A stretch of 61,726 bases of DNA, filler included, from Nemertoderma westbladi (Eukaryota; Animalia; Xenacoelomorpha): assembly GCA_032718475.1 (NCBI GenBank). It is 4 parts of 4 records of this genome, joined end to end, with 100 filler letters (N's around TTAATTAATTAA, not from the genome) between each part and the next. Parts side by side here need not be neighbours in the genome. Positions count along the whole stretch, not along the records: positions 19,727 to 39,114 come from JAUCBJ010001589.1; positions 39,215 to 58,297 come from JAUCBJ010002896.1; 2 more parts are not named here. The stretch is one strand, 5' to 3'. The notes beneath the pieces are model-generated. The model was not told the DNA's origin and did not search any database. It was given only the letters and a program-made list of their open reading frames with translations. Below are positions 37,801 through 50,146 of this stretch, one piece after another (within the stretch, counting starts at the first letter, position 1; each line of letters starts with the position of its first letter). Position numbers and translations under genes: made by a program.

Positions 37801-38850
37801 TAGCTACGGTGTATGCGGAGATCTGTTTCTATGGATACGTGCATTTCTATGTAATAGAACCCAAAATGTACTTGTAGGTACCGAATCATCGGACTACTGT
37901 GTAGTTACATCGGGAACTATTCAAGGCAGTGTCTTGGGGCCAGTATTGTTTCTTTTATTTATTAATGATTTACCTGATGCATTGTTACCTGTTTGTAATA
38001 AACTATTTGCTGATGACCTTAAGCTTTATGCACCGGAGGAAGATTGTGATTCTCTAGCCTCAGCCCTTCAAAACTTGGAAGACTGGACTAGAAAATGGCA
38101 ACTAACAGTAGCGGCGCACAAATGCTCGGTTGTTTACGTAGGTGGAAATAATAATAAATTTGTTTATAATTTAAATGGTGCAGTGCTTAAATCAGATACA
38201 TACTGTAAGGATCTAGGTTTAATCGTGTGTACTGACCTCAAATTTGATAAATACTGTAGGGAACAAGTTGCAAAAGCGTACAAAATACTGAACTGGATAT
38301 TTCGTAGTGTACTGACAGCTAATACTAAAGCCCTGCTAACAGCAAACAAGACTCTGGTAAGACCGTTGCTGGAATATTGCACACCCATATGGTCCCCTTT
38401 CACAAAAAAAAGTATTGACCTTGTTGAGGAAGTACAACGGTACTTTACCAGACGATTGTACGCTCACTGCAAACTACCGTATGCCGTATGTCAGTTACCT
38501 CAATCGCATACAGTATCTATCTGTGCAACCATTAGAGGTGCGTAGAATTATTTTCGACCTCAAAATGTTGTATCGTATAAAGCATGGTTTAGTAGATATA
38601 GATTTCAATAAGATGTTCACAAGTGCCCCAAGAGCTGGTCTACGTGGTCATAATCATAAACTGTATGTTCCCCAATGTAGACTTCAAATCTATAAGCATT
38701 CATTTTCTCACCGTGTTGTGCCCGTATGGAACTCATTACCAGCACAAGCTGTTGATGCCAAAAGTATAAATATTTTCTCCGTGCAATTATTAAAAACGGA
38801 CTTACTTACCCACGCAAAATTCACTCGTTGATTCCAGTTTTTTTTTTCTT
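34900..38850 (+). mobile_element. CR1-group LINE, near full length, degenerate
   Basis: ORF1 from ATG ~34996 has a Zn finger plus PHD (CPHCDK..CEICGHWIHGSC..CNKC) and continues as 35492-36271. ORF2 has APE (NARSL, ITETW, GDFN, LDLVF, SDH) and RT (DFAKAFD, QGSVLGP, FADDLK), and ends LRGHNHKL..WNSLP. It has frameshifts and an apparent internal deletion near 37020. Confidence 0.92.
35225..35422. mobile_element. 198-bp IS3EU-type MITE
   Basis: TIRs TACGGTGGCTGAATTGTGCCACTTAA; 6-bp TSD GAGGTA at 35219-35224 and 35423-35428; internal TTTTTGGTCGACCAAAAA palindromes. Confidence 0.93.
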
Positions 38851-39114
38851 TACTTTATTTTATTTTTCATTTCATTTTCGATCATCACCATTTTTTATAT
38901 TAATCACTATGTATACAATTATTCACACCCATAAGCGCCCTGAGCCTGGGTGGTTCTCTCCCACGACCACTTGTTTTAGCTACCGACAACTACAGTACAT
39001 TACTTTTTACATGTCAGTGTTTTATTTTTATTCGTTTTGCTGTTTACCTTATGTACAAGTTACTTAACTACTGTGATGTTGTGTTTGTTTGACCGATTGT
39101 TTTATTCGTGTATT

Positions 39115-39214
39115 NNNNNNNNNNNNNNNNNNNNNNNNNNNNNNNNNNNNNNNNNNNNTTAATTAATTAANNNNNNNNNNNNNNNNNNNNNNNNNNNNNN
39201 NNNNNNNNNNNNNN
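39115..39214. other. Artificial contig linker
   Basis: N run, TTAATTAATTAA, N run. Confidence 0.97.
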
Positions 39215-40232
39215 GGTTGGCTGGCGCTATTATTTTTTATTTTTTTATTTTAAAAAATCCTGAAATGGGTGCGAGAAAGGTCCTGTATGAAAAAAACGGG
39301 CGAAGTTAGATGCACGGTTTTTTTCCTTTGAAAGAGGAATAAATTTGAGGAAAGGTCCAGAAGTTTCAAGGTCATACCTCTAACCTGTTAGGTATGCCAG
39401 CGGCTTTTATAATGGTCTGGGCGGATTCCACCCCCCCCCCCCCCCCCGCAGGGTAGATAGAGTTAAGCTTTGTAGCCATCGATGACTGTTTGTGATCCCG
39501 GACTTCTTTAGGTGTTTTGGTCAAGGCGCCGTAAGGAAAAGCTAATAGACGCACCCAAGAGAGGTGATTGTTTCTCCTGGGCCTCTTTCAATAGTGTCAC
39601 TAGGGCAACAGCACCTACAATTATTGCCCCTTTGGGGATTTTGGCAATTTTACGCGATTCGATTGCTTCAGCTGGGAGAAGTACTCTGGAAGATAATTGA
39701 TGAGGGCAGCTGTATCTTTGGAGAGTGTCAGGTTGGGCTTGGGCCCTTTCTTTGCAGCTATCCAAACATGTTCCACAGAACCAATCAACCAGGCCGACAC
39801 AAGAGAGATGGTGACGGCTGACGGGTATTACACTGAGCACATGTTCCCATGAGTTTTCGCTGATTGATTTCATTACAGGTGGCACGTGCCTTGCTGCTGA
39901 TTGGTCGGAGTACAGGTTGGCCAACCAGTTACGTTTCGAACCTATTACTGTATTATATAGGCCTACATAAGGGCTGGTGGTAAGAGCTGAGTAGTTCATT
40001 GACAGTAAACGTATCAGCATGTGCTGATGTGACAAACCAAACGTGCACAACTGGGCAAACATTCACGCGATTATTCACACTCCCAGGACCCTGTCAGCCT
40101 GTGTCTTTTAGTTTTATATTTATTTATATAATATCTGAATATAGGCCTACATAATGTGAATGTGTACCCCGTTCCCGTAGCGGTACCGGTACCGCGTACA
40201 GTAGGCCTACAGATTCAGCGGCAGCTCGGCCA

Positions 40233-40767
40233 ATGAAGTACCAACGAACCGACGTATGCGGATTACTAATTGGTTTCCTAGTTCTCCAACTCAGAGTATC
40301 CTGCGTTAACCCACTCGATTCCAGTTCGACCTGCCAACGATTATCTACCTCATATGAATGCGACGATGCCAGAAACGAAACCCGCAGATTCAGAACCTAC
40401 ATAAATCTCTACAAAGGGGCGACTTGGCGCTACCGGTACAGCAGCGCAACCCATACAGCGGGTTGCTCCGACTGCTCCTGTTATTCAGACTCGATATCCT
40501 CCGATTTGGGAGCCTTCCGCAGCGGTATCAGCGAGTCATTGTACCGCTCCACCGTGTCACGGACCTCGGCTGTACGGTACCAGCTGATCGCCGGGCGGGT
40601 TTACCGCCAACCGCAGTGCGCTTTCCCGACACGCTGCCAAGGTGTCGAACACTTCCTACTCCGTCTCGCACCGTCGTTACCCGATCTAGAATTAGCGATC
40701 AATGTTCACGATTATCCGGCCAGCCCTAAAGGAATCACTCTACCTGTATTCTCCTTTAGTAAACCCG
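40233..40767 (+). CDS. POGLUT1: Protein O-glucosyltransferase 1 (rumi), exon 1
   Basis: Signal-peptide-like N-terminus; YQLIAGRVYR..CAFPTRCQGVEHFL..INVHDYP..PVFSFSK; donor G|GTTAGT in phase 1. Confidence 0.92.
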
Positions 40768-41401
40768 GTTAGTCTGTTAGTTAGAAAATTTTGTTACTTT
40801 ATAGGTCTAATTATTTACAAATAATCCATTTTGATCCAAATTGATATACATCAATCTGCTGAGTTTGCAGTCAGTTGCACTTTTCTAACCATAGGCCTAC
40901 GGTAACTATTTTTGGTTATAGGAATTTTGGAAATTGTTTGCTCATGTCAGCATTTCTTTTCTTTTCCGACATTGACGTGTTTGGGCTGTTGAGCGAGTTT
41001 TTAAATGTGTGTGGGAGGGGGGGGGGGGGGGGGGGGCTGTATTGAATCCATCCAAAAAGTGCGCCGGATAGCGCGCCGACCAATTTTTATGCGCGCCGCG
41101 CGCCGATGCTATTTCGAAGCAAACCCCGCGCCATCGAAATTTTTAAGCGCGTGGTAACTAAGTTATTACAAAACTTGCCGCTCATGGCCAACTTGTACCA
41201 TAACATTTTCAAAAGAAGAATACCAATAGGCGATAGGCTGTAGAGCAACTATAAAAAGTGTCATTATGTATAGTAAGTGGTGTCTGGTTTGTGTACCAAA
41301 CACGCGCTACTGTTGTACCGGTAACCCTAAATACCTTCCCTTAATATGGTTATGACAGTGTCAGTGAGTCCATCTCATGTATCTTTTAACTTCCCCTTTA
41401 G

Positions 41402-42099
41402 ACGGCTACTCGGATATTCTGTACCCGGCCTGGTCGTTCTGGGCGGGCGGCCCGGCCGTATGGCCGTTGTACCCCACCGGTCTGGGCCGATGGGACGTCC
41501 ATCGGACCTCGCTAGCCGCGTCCGCCGTCCGCCATCCTTGGCCGACTCGGAAACCCGTCGCTTTCTTCCGGGGCTCCCGCACCTCGTCCCAACGCGACCC
41601 ACTAATCCTCGCTTCGCGTCGGTCCCCCGGTCTACTCGACGCCTCGTACACGAGGAACCAGGCATGGCGCTCTGACGCGGACACCCTCGGCGCACCGCCC
41701 GCTACCGTGATCCCCTTAGAAGACCACTGCGCGTATAAATACCTCGTGGACATTAGAGGCGTCGCTGCTAGCTTCCGTCTCAAACATTTATTCCTTTGTC
41801 GTTCTCTTGTGTTTCGCGTTGAAACTGATTGGCGCGAGTTCTTTTACTCGGCGTTACGACCGTGGGTGCATTACATCCCTGTTGCTGATGACGTCAGCGA
41901 TATAGAGACACTAATAGAGTTCGCTAAGAACTTCGATGACATTGCTAAAGATATTGCGCGGAGAGGGGCTGATTTTATTGAAGATAACTTGACTCTGGAT
42001 CATGTAGAATGTTACTGGCGCCAATTACTCAGCCAATATTATAAATTATTGAAGTTCAAACCGGTAGCCAATGAAACATTTATTCATATAAGTAGCTGA
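41402..42099 (+). CDS. POGLUT1: Protein O-glucosyltransferase 1 (rumi), exon 2
   Basis: Acceptor CCCCTTTAG|; DILYPAWSFWAGGPA..GLGRWD..FFRGSRTS..YTRNQAWRS..HCAYKYL..GVAASFRLKHLFLC..PWVHYIPV. Confidence 0.95.
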
Positions 42100-45000
42100 A
42101 TAGATTCTAACATAATTAAAAGTGAGAAAATTTGCAATGATTTACAGTAACAAACGCTGCTTTATTTCATATTATTTTGTAAAGTTTTTTTACCTAAGAT
42201 TTTTTTGTATGATATAATTTGATGAGCTAAATATAAAAAAAGTAACTATTTATTGGAAAAATGCCTAATGTTACCGGCGTGAAAGTTAACCCTCCCTCTT
42301 ATCTGCAATTGTTACAAATACGGCCTTTCCTTTGTGGCAGAGGACTGGCAACCGTGTATTAGGAAGTTCAATAATATTAGAGATTCGAACTACAGTAAAT
42401 AGTATGACTCGGAATTTGGATTGCATTCATTGGCAAAATAAAGTTTTTATTAACGGACACGCATTTTTGTTAAATCTTAAATTGTAAATTTTCGCCCGAA
42501 TATAACCCAAAATCGGGAGAAAGGGGAGAACCTTTTTTCGTGAGGAAAAAATAAAAAATGGGAAAAGTTATACTTTTTCCCGGCGTATGCAAGCTCTCTA
42601 ACTAAAATAATTTAAGTTATGGCTGCAATCCAATTTCCGAGTAATACTATTTATTAACCTCTAATATATTCCAGAACACTAAATAATTTAACATAACGCA
42701 AAGCATCACCAGGAGTTGAAGAGTACTGTACTAATTGAATCGCATAACTATGGAAGAACTATCTTTTATTAAAGAATTGAGCAACTGAAAGTACCACTAC
42801 GAATTTAAGAAAAAAATTAAATCTTACATGGGAAAAAAACGCAGGCCTAGTAATTATTTTTCCCAAAATTAACTCGACTGTTTATCAACCTTAATGATTT
42901 ACCGGTATTATAATAGGCCTACATTTATTTACCTTTCTGATTCTCAGTAAATATAATAGGCTTGAAATATATAATATCTATTATTAACTTATTGGAAACT
43001 TTGTAATGGCTTTAATTGCACAAACTAGGTAAAATAATGAATCTGGAATTATTGCAGGACTTAGTACCTAAAAGCTACAATATCCACAACCTGGGACAGA
43101 GAATTCACATGGACAATGGATCCATCTAAGAAACCACCGGGTAAAAATTATTAATTGAAGCGGCGATGAACCTACCAATAGCCGTCGACTCCATGTCCTA
43201 GGGATTCCTCGAGTCTCGAGTAAACTGGTTGGATGGGGACAACGACCAGAATGGGGCCGGTCAGCTTGGTACGAGTCTGAAAAGGCATCGGCGGGCCACG
43301 ATGACACTAGGCCTCGTTTGGGAACGAGCGGCGACGACTCAGTGCGACGACCAAGGAACGTCATCATCGGTTACTAGAGAGGCGAGAAGCTGGCACGTTG
43401 CTAGAGCTTCCTAGACGATATATACAGAGATCACAAAGTGCCTGGTCAACTGAACGGACCAGCAGATATGAAGCTTTGTAAGCGATACGACAAACAGGCA
43501 CAGGACAATCGGTCGTTATAGTCCTGGTCAACCTCGACGGGTTCGTATTGGTCTGCAGGATTTTCCCTCCTCACCGGGACCCCGAGCCGAAAGGGTCGAC
43601 ATTGTTGCTGCTGGAGGATATCCACAAGGTAATCCGCAATCGTAATACGTAATCGGTAACCAGACAGCTGCTAGAGATGCTGGGATGTCGACTTCCATAC
43701 GATTTTCCGACCATGGATGGGACTGGATACATACGGCACCAAATTTATGTTGCTTATAACTAATTATTTTTGTGTTGTATCCTATAGAGTACTGGAGTAG
43801 GTATTGTAAACTTGTCCCTTATTAATACTGTATGTTTGCCTTTAGTACTGTATGTTGTAGAAGCCCTTGTGCATTTTAATTATTTTTACTTGAACCTAAC
43901 TATGCTTTGCCGGTTTTTTATATAATTTAATTTTAATGTAATTTAATTTTTGTTTAATAATTAATATACACCAACTGTAAGTGCCGTAAATAAACTATAA
44001 TTTTAATTATTTTACTAATTTTACTTGAATCTTGAATACCATTATATCCGTATTTTTATTATAATACAGTAGTACAGTTCATATATGCTAATTAGCGTAC
44101 TTTGCCAGATATGTGTTCATTTTATTTTAATCCACTGTACATGTGCAAAATTGATATTTTATTGTTATTCTGGCGATATTAATAACATAGCAATACATAC
44201 CTGTAGCAATTGATTAATTGATCTTTGTCCATTTTGACAAAGTCCTCAGTACTGTATATGTATGTATGTATACTACTATACCTCGCACGTATTGGCAAGT
44301 ACATACTTATTTCCTTACCCGTTTCGGCACGCACATATTGCCTTTTTGAAAAGTATAAATTTCTAATTTTTAAATACCGTACGCTACCGGTCCTACTAGT
44401 ACTACGTCATTATTACTGGTATCCCCTCAGGACCATGGCGCAGGGCGGGTTTGGGATTGCTGTCATATTTTGGTATCATTAAATGCCTATACCTATATTT
44501 ATGAGCAAGTAGAGAGCATGACATTGGTTAATTTAACACATTCTGAAATTATTCTTTGAGACTATTATTATGAAATCTTTAGCAAATGTCTCCCACTGGG
44601 TGTGGATGTCTTCCAAGTGTGTGCAAAGGAATTGCCATAAAGGATGAAGGAATAATATTGTAAGGATACGGAGGGTGCTATTTCGCAAGACACTTTTTTT
44701 AAAACGCTTATAAAAAATTTTTAAAGCAAAATCGAAAATTCCGACTTCATGGGGTCATCGACGGTGAGTGGAACTAGTTGTGTTTCAAATTTCAAGCAAT
44801 GTGATACAGATTTGTAGAAAAATCTGGGGGGGGGGGGGTCCGTGTCATCAGAAAATGACACTATATTACGGGACATTGTGTATATGTATGTATGTACTGA
44901 AAATTTGGTTTAAAGTCAGTAACATTAACCACTTGCACATGAACACTGAAGGTTTACAGTCTATCGCGCCCACCGCGGAATGCTATCGGTATTCCATAAC

Positions 45001-46508
45001 ATGTGAAATGACTGTCCGGAACAACATATTTTATCTAGAATCTTATATTAATTATTAAATGAACATCTTATTTCAGAACTAAACTTATTTAAATTATAGT
45101 GGAATCTCATTGTAGCAGATAATGCAGCTGGATTGGTAATTGGCAACTTGAAATTAAGCCATTGCTCCAAGGGGGTAAGACAACAAAAACTGCTCCTTGA
45201 AATTATAGCCTCCAGAAATCAACCAGTCTAGCCTACCGTATTGGTATGGCACTGTAGCAGATAGCAGTACAGTGATGTAGGCCTACACACACTACACTAC
45301 AGTCTAGCATACCGTCATCAGCTAGACAATTACCCCCCCCCCCCCCGCAATATCTTATCTTTTGTGGGTAAGTGTCATTGGGGGACAATTGTCCTTGGGG
45401 CAATCGGCCTAGTCCGGGGGCAATTATCCTGTTACGGCAGTTTGTTATTAATTATTTAATGTCGAACAAAATAATTAACATTGTTAATTCGCGGAGACAA
45501 TATTCAAATTCACCAAGGAATTGCGTCATTTGTGCAATTGCGTAATAAGTTGTCATTCGCATCGATTTTCCCCTGGAAATGATTGAATTTTGATTGTGTC
45601 GAGTCTCCCCCCCCCCCCCCCCCCCCCCTCCCCTTGACTATCCCCCACCCCCCATTCTCCCATTCAATTTTATTAAAATAAATAAATAATTTAAGTAACA
45701 ATCAGACAATATGTAACATATGTGCATATATAATCATTTATCAAAATAAATAATTTAGGCTATAACGTATTCCATTTCCTGGAAATTGTAGCATAAATAT
45801 TCCTTAACTTAATCAGTTAATAGCAATCAATACACTCTTTAATATGTATTGCAGTCCCATCTTTTAGTCTCTTTGGTTCTTAGTCATGGGCATGGTGAGG
45901 TGTTTTGTGTTATTAGTAGTGGAGTGGGTTTTGGCTGTTTGGTAGTATATAGCAGCAGTATTTTATGTAATGTAATGTAACACAGTCAGTGTACTGGTTC
46001 AATTTAGTTGTCTCCCAAAGCCAATCCATTAAACAGCTCAATACCTCAATAGCCTAAATATAAAGAGAGCTCTATCAGTCTATGCCAGAACTGCATCTGT
46101 CAATTATGAGGCATCTCTATCTCCACTACACACTTCTCCAGACTAGTTGAAAGGCAGTGCCGCCTGGCTTTTGTGTGCTGTTAAAAAAGTGACTGTCCAC
46201 CGCGAAACGGGGTGGATCATCTTCATTTGCTAATGAAACTTTTTCTATACATAGAAATTTATTTTTGTACATACAAAATATGTATTTCGATATGCTCTAT
46301 CTAATGATATAAATTTCAATATAACGTACCGAACACTAAACTTTCGTACTTGATTTTTATAATTTTACATACAAATTCAAGTCAAAAATTGCTCAGTTGA
46401 CGACAGTTGTCCACCGCCTTTCAGGGTGTTCGTCCACCCCCATTCTGGCGGGTAGTGTTCCCTAACTGATACCGTATTGGTATGGCACTGTAGCTGATAG
46501 CAGTACAG

Positions 46509-46553
46509 CAAGGCGTTCTTTACTAAGAAGCGTAAAACGTAAAGAACGCCTTG
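46509..46553. mobile_element. 45-bp micro-MITE with P-element-like ends
   Basis: 15-bp TIRs CAAGGCGTTCTTTAC / GTAAAGAACGCCTTG; 8-bp TSD CAGTACAG; empty sites in sister repeats at ~45262 and ~50888. Confidence 0.85.
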
Positions 46554-46589
46554 CAGTACAGTGATGTAGGCCTACACAGCGCTACAGGC

Positions 46590-46960
46590 GATGAGCGCAC
46601 ATCGATGCTTCGGATTTCGTGGAGATAAACTGGCTTCCTCTCGAACAACGTGTAGAGGCCGTAATTCTCGCGTGGGTGTACAAAATCAAACACAGCCAAG
46701 CACCCCAGTACGTAGCGGACCTCATCGACTTCCGGGAAGCCAACTACTCCCTTCGATCAACATGCGAACCGGCATCCGTTCCACACAGACACACGGTTTA
46801 CGGCCAGAGCTCATTCAGTTTCCTCGGCCCCAAGCTCTCCCCACCACCATCATAACCAATTCCAGTTCAATAATTGTTTTTAAACATGAAGTTAAGAAGT
46901 ATTACCTCGAAAAAATAACTAATGAAACCGAATCGCCATTCACTAATCAATAAATATAAC
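46590..46960 (+). mobile_element. 3' fragment of a CR1/L2-group LINE
   Basis: EINWLPLEQRV..VYKIKHSQAPQY..YSLRS..YGQSSFSFLGPKL. Confidence 0.75.
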
Positions 46961-47423
46961 TTTTCACTTTTTAAATATAACTAAATTTTATTTGCATTTC
47001 AGTTAACGTGCCAAATTCAATTAAATTCACGGCCTCAGATTGTGTTGTGTATTTTAATTATTTTTATCAGCCTCATCCACATATTCTACGTCCATTATTA
47101 GCCATGTTTGGATTTTTAGTATTTTTAGATTCACCGCCCGAAAGTAATTGTATTTTGGTAATTTTTAAATTTGTCAGATGATCCCGATGATTTAGAGTCA
47201 ATTTGACCATTCACTGAGCATTAACCCCGACTACATGCAGATTTATGTATGCTATCACTTGATTACATCACTCAAGTTGACCATATTCGAACTCCAATGA
47301 CCTGTCAATCATTGGACGACTGTGCAAATACATTAACTTACCTTTTAGATAATCTAATAAATGAATTATAATATATTGTTGTATATTAAAATAAATTAAT
47401 AAATATCTTTTGTTCGTTCCAGA

Positions 47424-47600
47424 TAGCTGGCGCAGGGGTCACTCGCTTTTTGCATATAGCTGTGAGGTCCCGGGTTCGATCCCGTGCTGTGCCAGTTACA
47501 ATTTCGGTGCGCAAGTTACGTAAAGCGATAAAGAAAAGGGTTGGGTAGTTCACGCTGGGGAGTTAGTCTGGCGCGAATTAAATTCATTAAAACCAATCAA
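47424..47600 (+). mobile_element. tRNA-derived SINE
   Basis: A-box-like TGGCGCAGGGG, B box GGTTCGATCC. Confidence 0.55.
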
Positions 47601-47927
47601 TCCGTTACATATTATTCCTAGTTATCAACACTAAAAATTAGTAACAACAAAAAGTATATAAACTTTATACAGCAGAGTAACTTAATTATTATTTAAGGTC
47701 GTTTTAAATACAACATAATTATGTACTACAGTATTAAATAATAATTAATTTTACTCTGCTGTATCAGATATGCATTATGATAAAAAACGATAAGGATCTT
47801 GAAGTAAACTTGAATCAATTTCAAAATGCAACTATAACTATAACAAACGGAAAATAACACTAAAACAGTACATATACATACATACAATATGAGTTGTTAC
47901 TACAGTATCTACAAGAAACGGTTCAAT

Positions 47928-48992
47928 TTAAGGCATTCCAAATTCTTTACTGTTAAGAATATCATCGAACAATATTTCAGCAAATTCTTTGGCCGATGGC
48001 AGTATATAGCGATCGTTTAATGGAAATCGAATAACTTTTCCACATGTATCCGCTCGCACGCGTCTTCCAGTATCACCCACATCCGTTCGATCAAATTCTA
48101 TGCGACCCTCCCCTTGAAAGGTTGGATATCGTGAACCGCTACCGAATTGCAATATATCTCCCAGAGATAGAACAACAGTACGAGAATCTCCATCATCATC
48201 AACAACAACTGTTGATAACTCCTGTTTACCGACTCGTTTTAAAAACTGGTAAAATTTAAATGTAATCGTCGTCTCCTTTTCACGCTCTCGCGATCGTTCT
48301 GTACTCAAGTAGTTTGGTTCAAAGCACAGCTTAACTTCCTCGTAGGTGACCTCGCGATGGGCAAGTAACTTACAGGTTTCTTCAGGAAATGACGTCATTA
48401 TATAATAAACACCATATGACTTGAGGCCTTCCCGAAAGCAGGCAATTTCTTCTGAGACAGAACAGTAGACAATGTGGCGTGTGAGTAATTGAACCACCTT
48501 TGTTTTATCCTCAAATGGTATATTAGCATTATTAATTCCCATATCGAAGCGTTCTGGGAAATCAGCCAAGCAACGAGTAAACGATTCAGCTGTGTCTGCC
48601 AAGTTCAGGGATGCTAGTTTTTGTAAACACTCTTCATCCTGAGGGATTTCATTTAAATCTGGATAAATTGGTAAATTCATTATCGCCCGGGCAGTTGATT
48701 GGCTAAAACAGTGTGGTCCGGCTTCACCATTAATTATGGCCAGAGCAGCTAATTTTCCAAGGTTTTTGTATTTATCCAATTCACATTGATTGTGCCGAAA
48801 GAGGAAGTTCGGATACACTCCCCGAAATAACATCGGCGGTTGGGTAGGGAAAAACAGCGAAAATAACTCTCTTAGGGGACCACCGGTGTCCACTGCCAAT
48901 TCACCTATAAACTTTACCATCACTACTGGAGAAGTAATATCATCAGTTTCTAGAAACTCATAAAGGTTGTCAGACAGTTGACATCGCGGCAC
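47928..48992 (-). CDS. Second HECT-domain E3 ligase, a paralogue of 30998-32227; N-terminus in another frame (48970-49218)
   Basis: VKFIGELAVDTGGPLRELFSLFF, GPHCFS, ERFDMG, LQFGSGSRYP, ADTCGK, C-terminal EFGMP. Confidence 0.85.
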   Translation of the reverse strand: MPRCQLSDNLYEFLETDDITSPVVMVKFIGELAVDTGGPLRELFSLFFPTQPPMLFRGVYPNFLFRHNQCELDKYKNLGKLAALAIINGEAGPHCFSQSTARAIMNLPIYPDLNEIPQDEECLQKLASLNLADTAESFTRCLADFPERFDMGINNANIPFEDKTKVVQLLTRHIVYCSVSEEIACFREGLKSYGVYYIMTSFPEETCKLLAHREVTYEEVKLCFEPNYLSTERSREREKETTITFKFYQFLKRVGKQELSTVVVDDDGDSRTVVLSLGDILQFGSGSRYPTFQGEGRIEFDRTDVGDTGRRVRADTCGKVIRFPLNDRYILPSAKEFAEILFDDILNSKEFGMP

Positions 48993-49714
48993 CTCGTTTT
49001 TTGTTTCGGCGAGGGGTATTAATTAGCTGCCTATTGCGGCTAACTGATGATAAAGTTGCAATGTCGTCAACACTCATTCCTTCACTTGCACTCGATGTAT
49101 TGGTAGTCTCAGTTGGCGATCCTCTGACACTCGCAATATCATTGACTTGTGTAATGAAGCTTCGTCTTACATTTGCTAATCGCAATTGATGAAGCTGATA
49201 GTCTGAGTTTGTGGACATCCTCCCTCACCCTCATCAATACGAAATCAATAATCAATAAAAGATGGGTGAGTCTATAGTAGTAGGTTTATTATGTAATCTG
49301 AGAGTAAGGCTGTCAGACGGGCTGTTCGGTCCGCTGTTTGCTCATTAGTGGATTGGATTAAATTACCATAGTGTCCAACCGAAACTGAAACAATAGGCCT
49401 ATTGAAATATAAAATTCTGTAGGCCTAAGTGATAGGACTTATGCTACACAAGGACATTAAGATTAACTTGCCATGTAACAGGCTGCAGGAAGACAGGGCT
49501 GTTTATAGGCCTATACAGTAGTTTAATCTTCACAAATGCAATGCAGTAAAGATACTTACTTAACATTTAATTTAGTATCATTACAGTACGTTCATGTATT
49601 ATTGGCATACTGGTACCGGTACCGGTACAGTAGCCTCTAAAGGCAACATAAGAACTGATAGGATAAGAAGAATGCAGGACTCAGGTACAGTATATGCTGT
49701 CTGTCATTCATTTT

Positions 49715-50146
49715 TTGAAATGAAAACAATTACATTTCCCTGAAATGAAAAATAATTCATTTCGCTGAAATGAAAATAATTACATTTCGCTGAAATGAAA
49801 ATAATTACATTTCGCTGAAATGAAAATAATTACATTTCGCTGAAATGAAAATAATTACATTTCCCTGAAATGAAATTATATACATTTTTTGAAATTAAAA
49901 TAATTACATTTTCTGAAATTAAATTAAATACATTTTTTGAAATGAAATTATATACATTTTTTTAAATGAAAATAATTACTTTTTCTGAAATTAAATTAAA
50001 TAGGCCTACATTTTTTGAAATGAAATTATATACTTTTTTTTGTTGCTGAAATGAGCATAAATGTTTTTGGCCGCAATCAGAAATGAAATTATATACTTTT
50101 TTCTGAAATGACCTTAAATGCTTTTTGGCCGCAATCAGCCACGGTA
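49715..50146. mobile_element. One end of a second IS3EU-type element (subterminal array plus terminus)
   Basis: 24-bp TGAAATGAAAATAATTACATTTCGC-type array, ending GCCGCAATCAGCCACGGTA (cf. CAGCCACCGTA); the other end was not found. Confidence 0.7.

Noticed and set aside
39508-40062. 184-aa ORF containing DWFCGTC as a PHD gene
   Set aside because: Only a partial motif with no supporting exon structure; at most a degraded remnant.
43068-43740. GC-richer block as a gene
   Set aside because: Only short ORFs with no recognisable domain; left unassigned.
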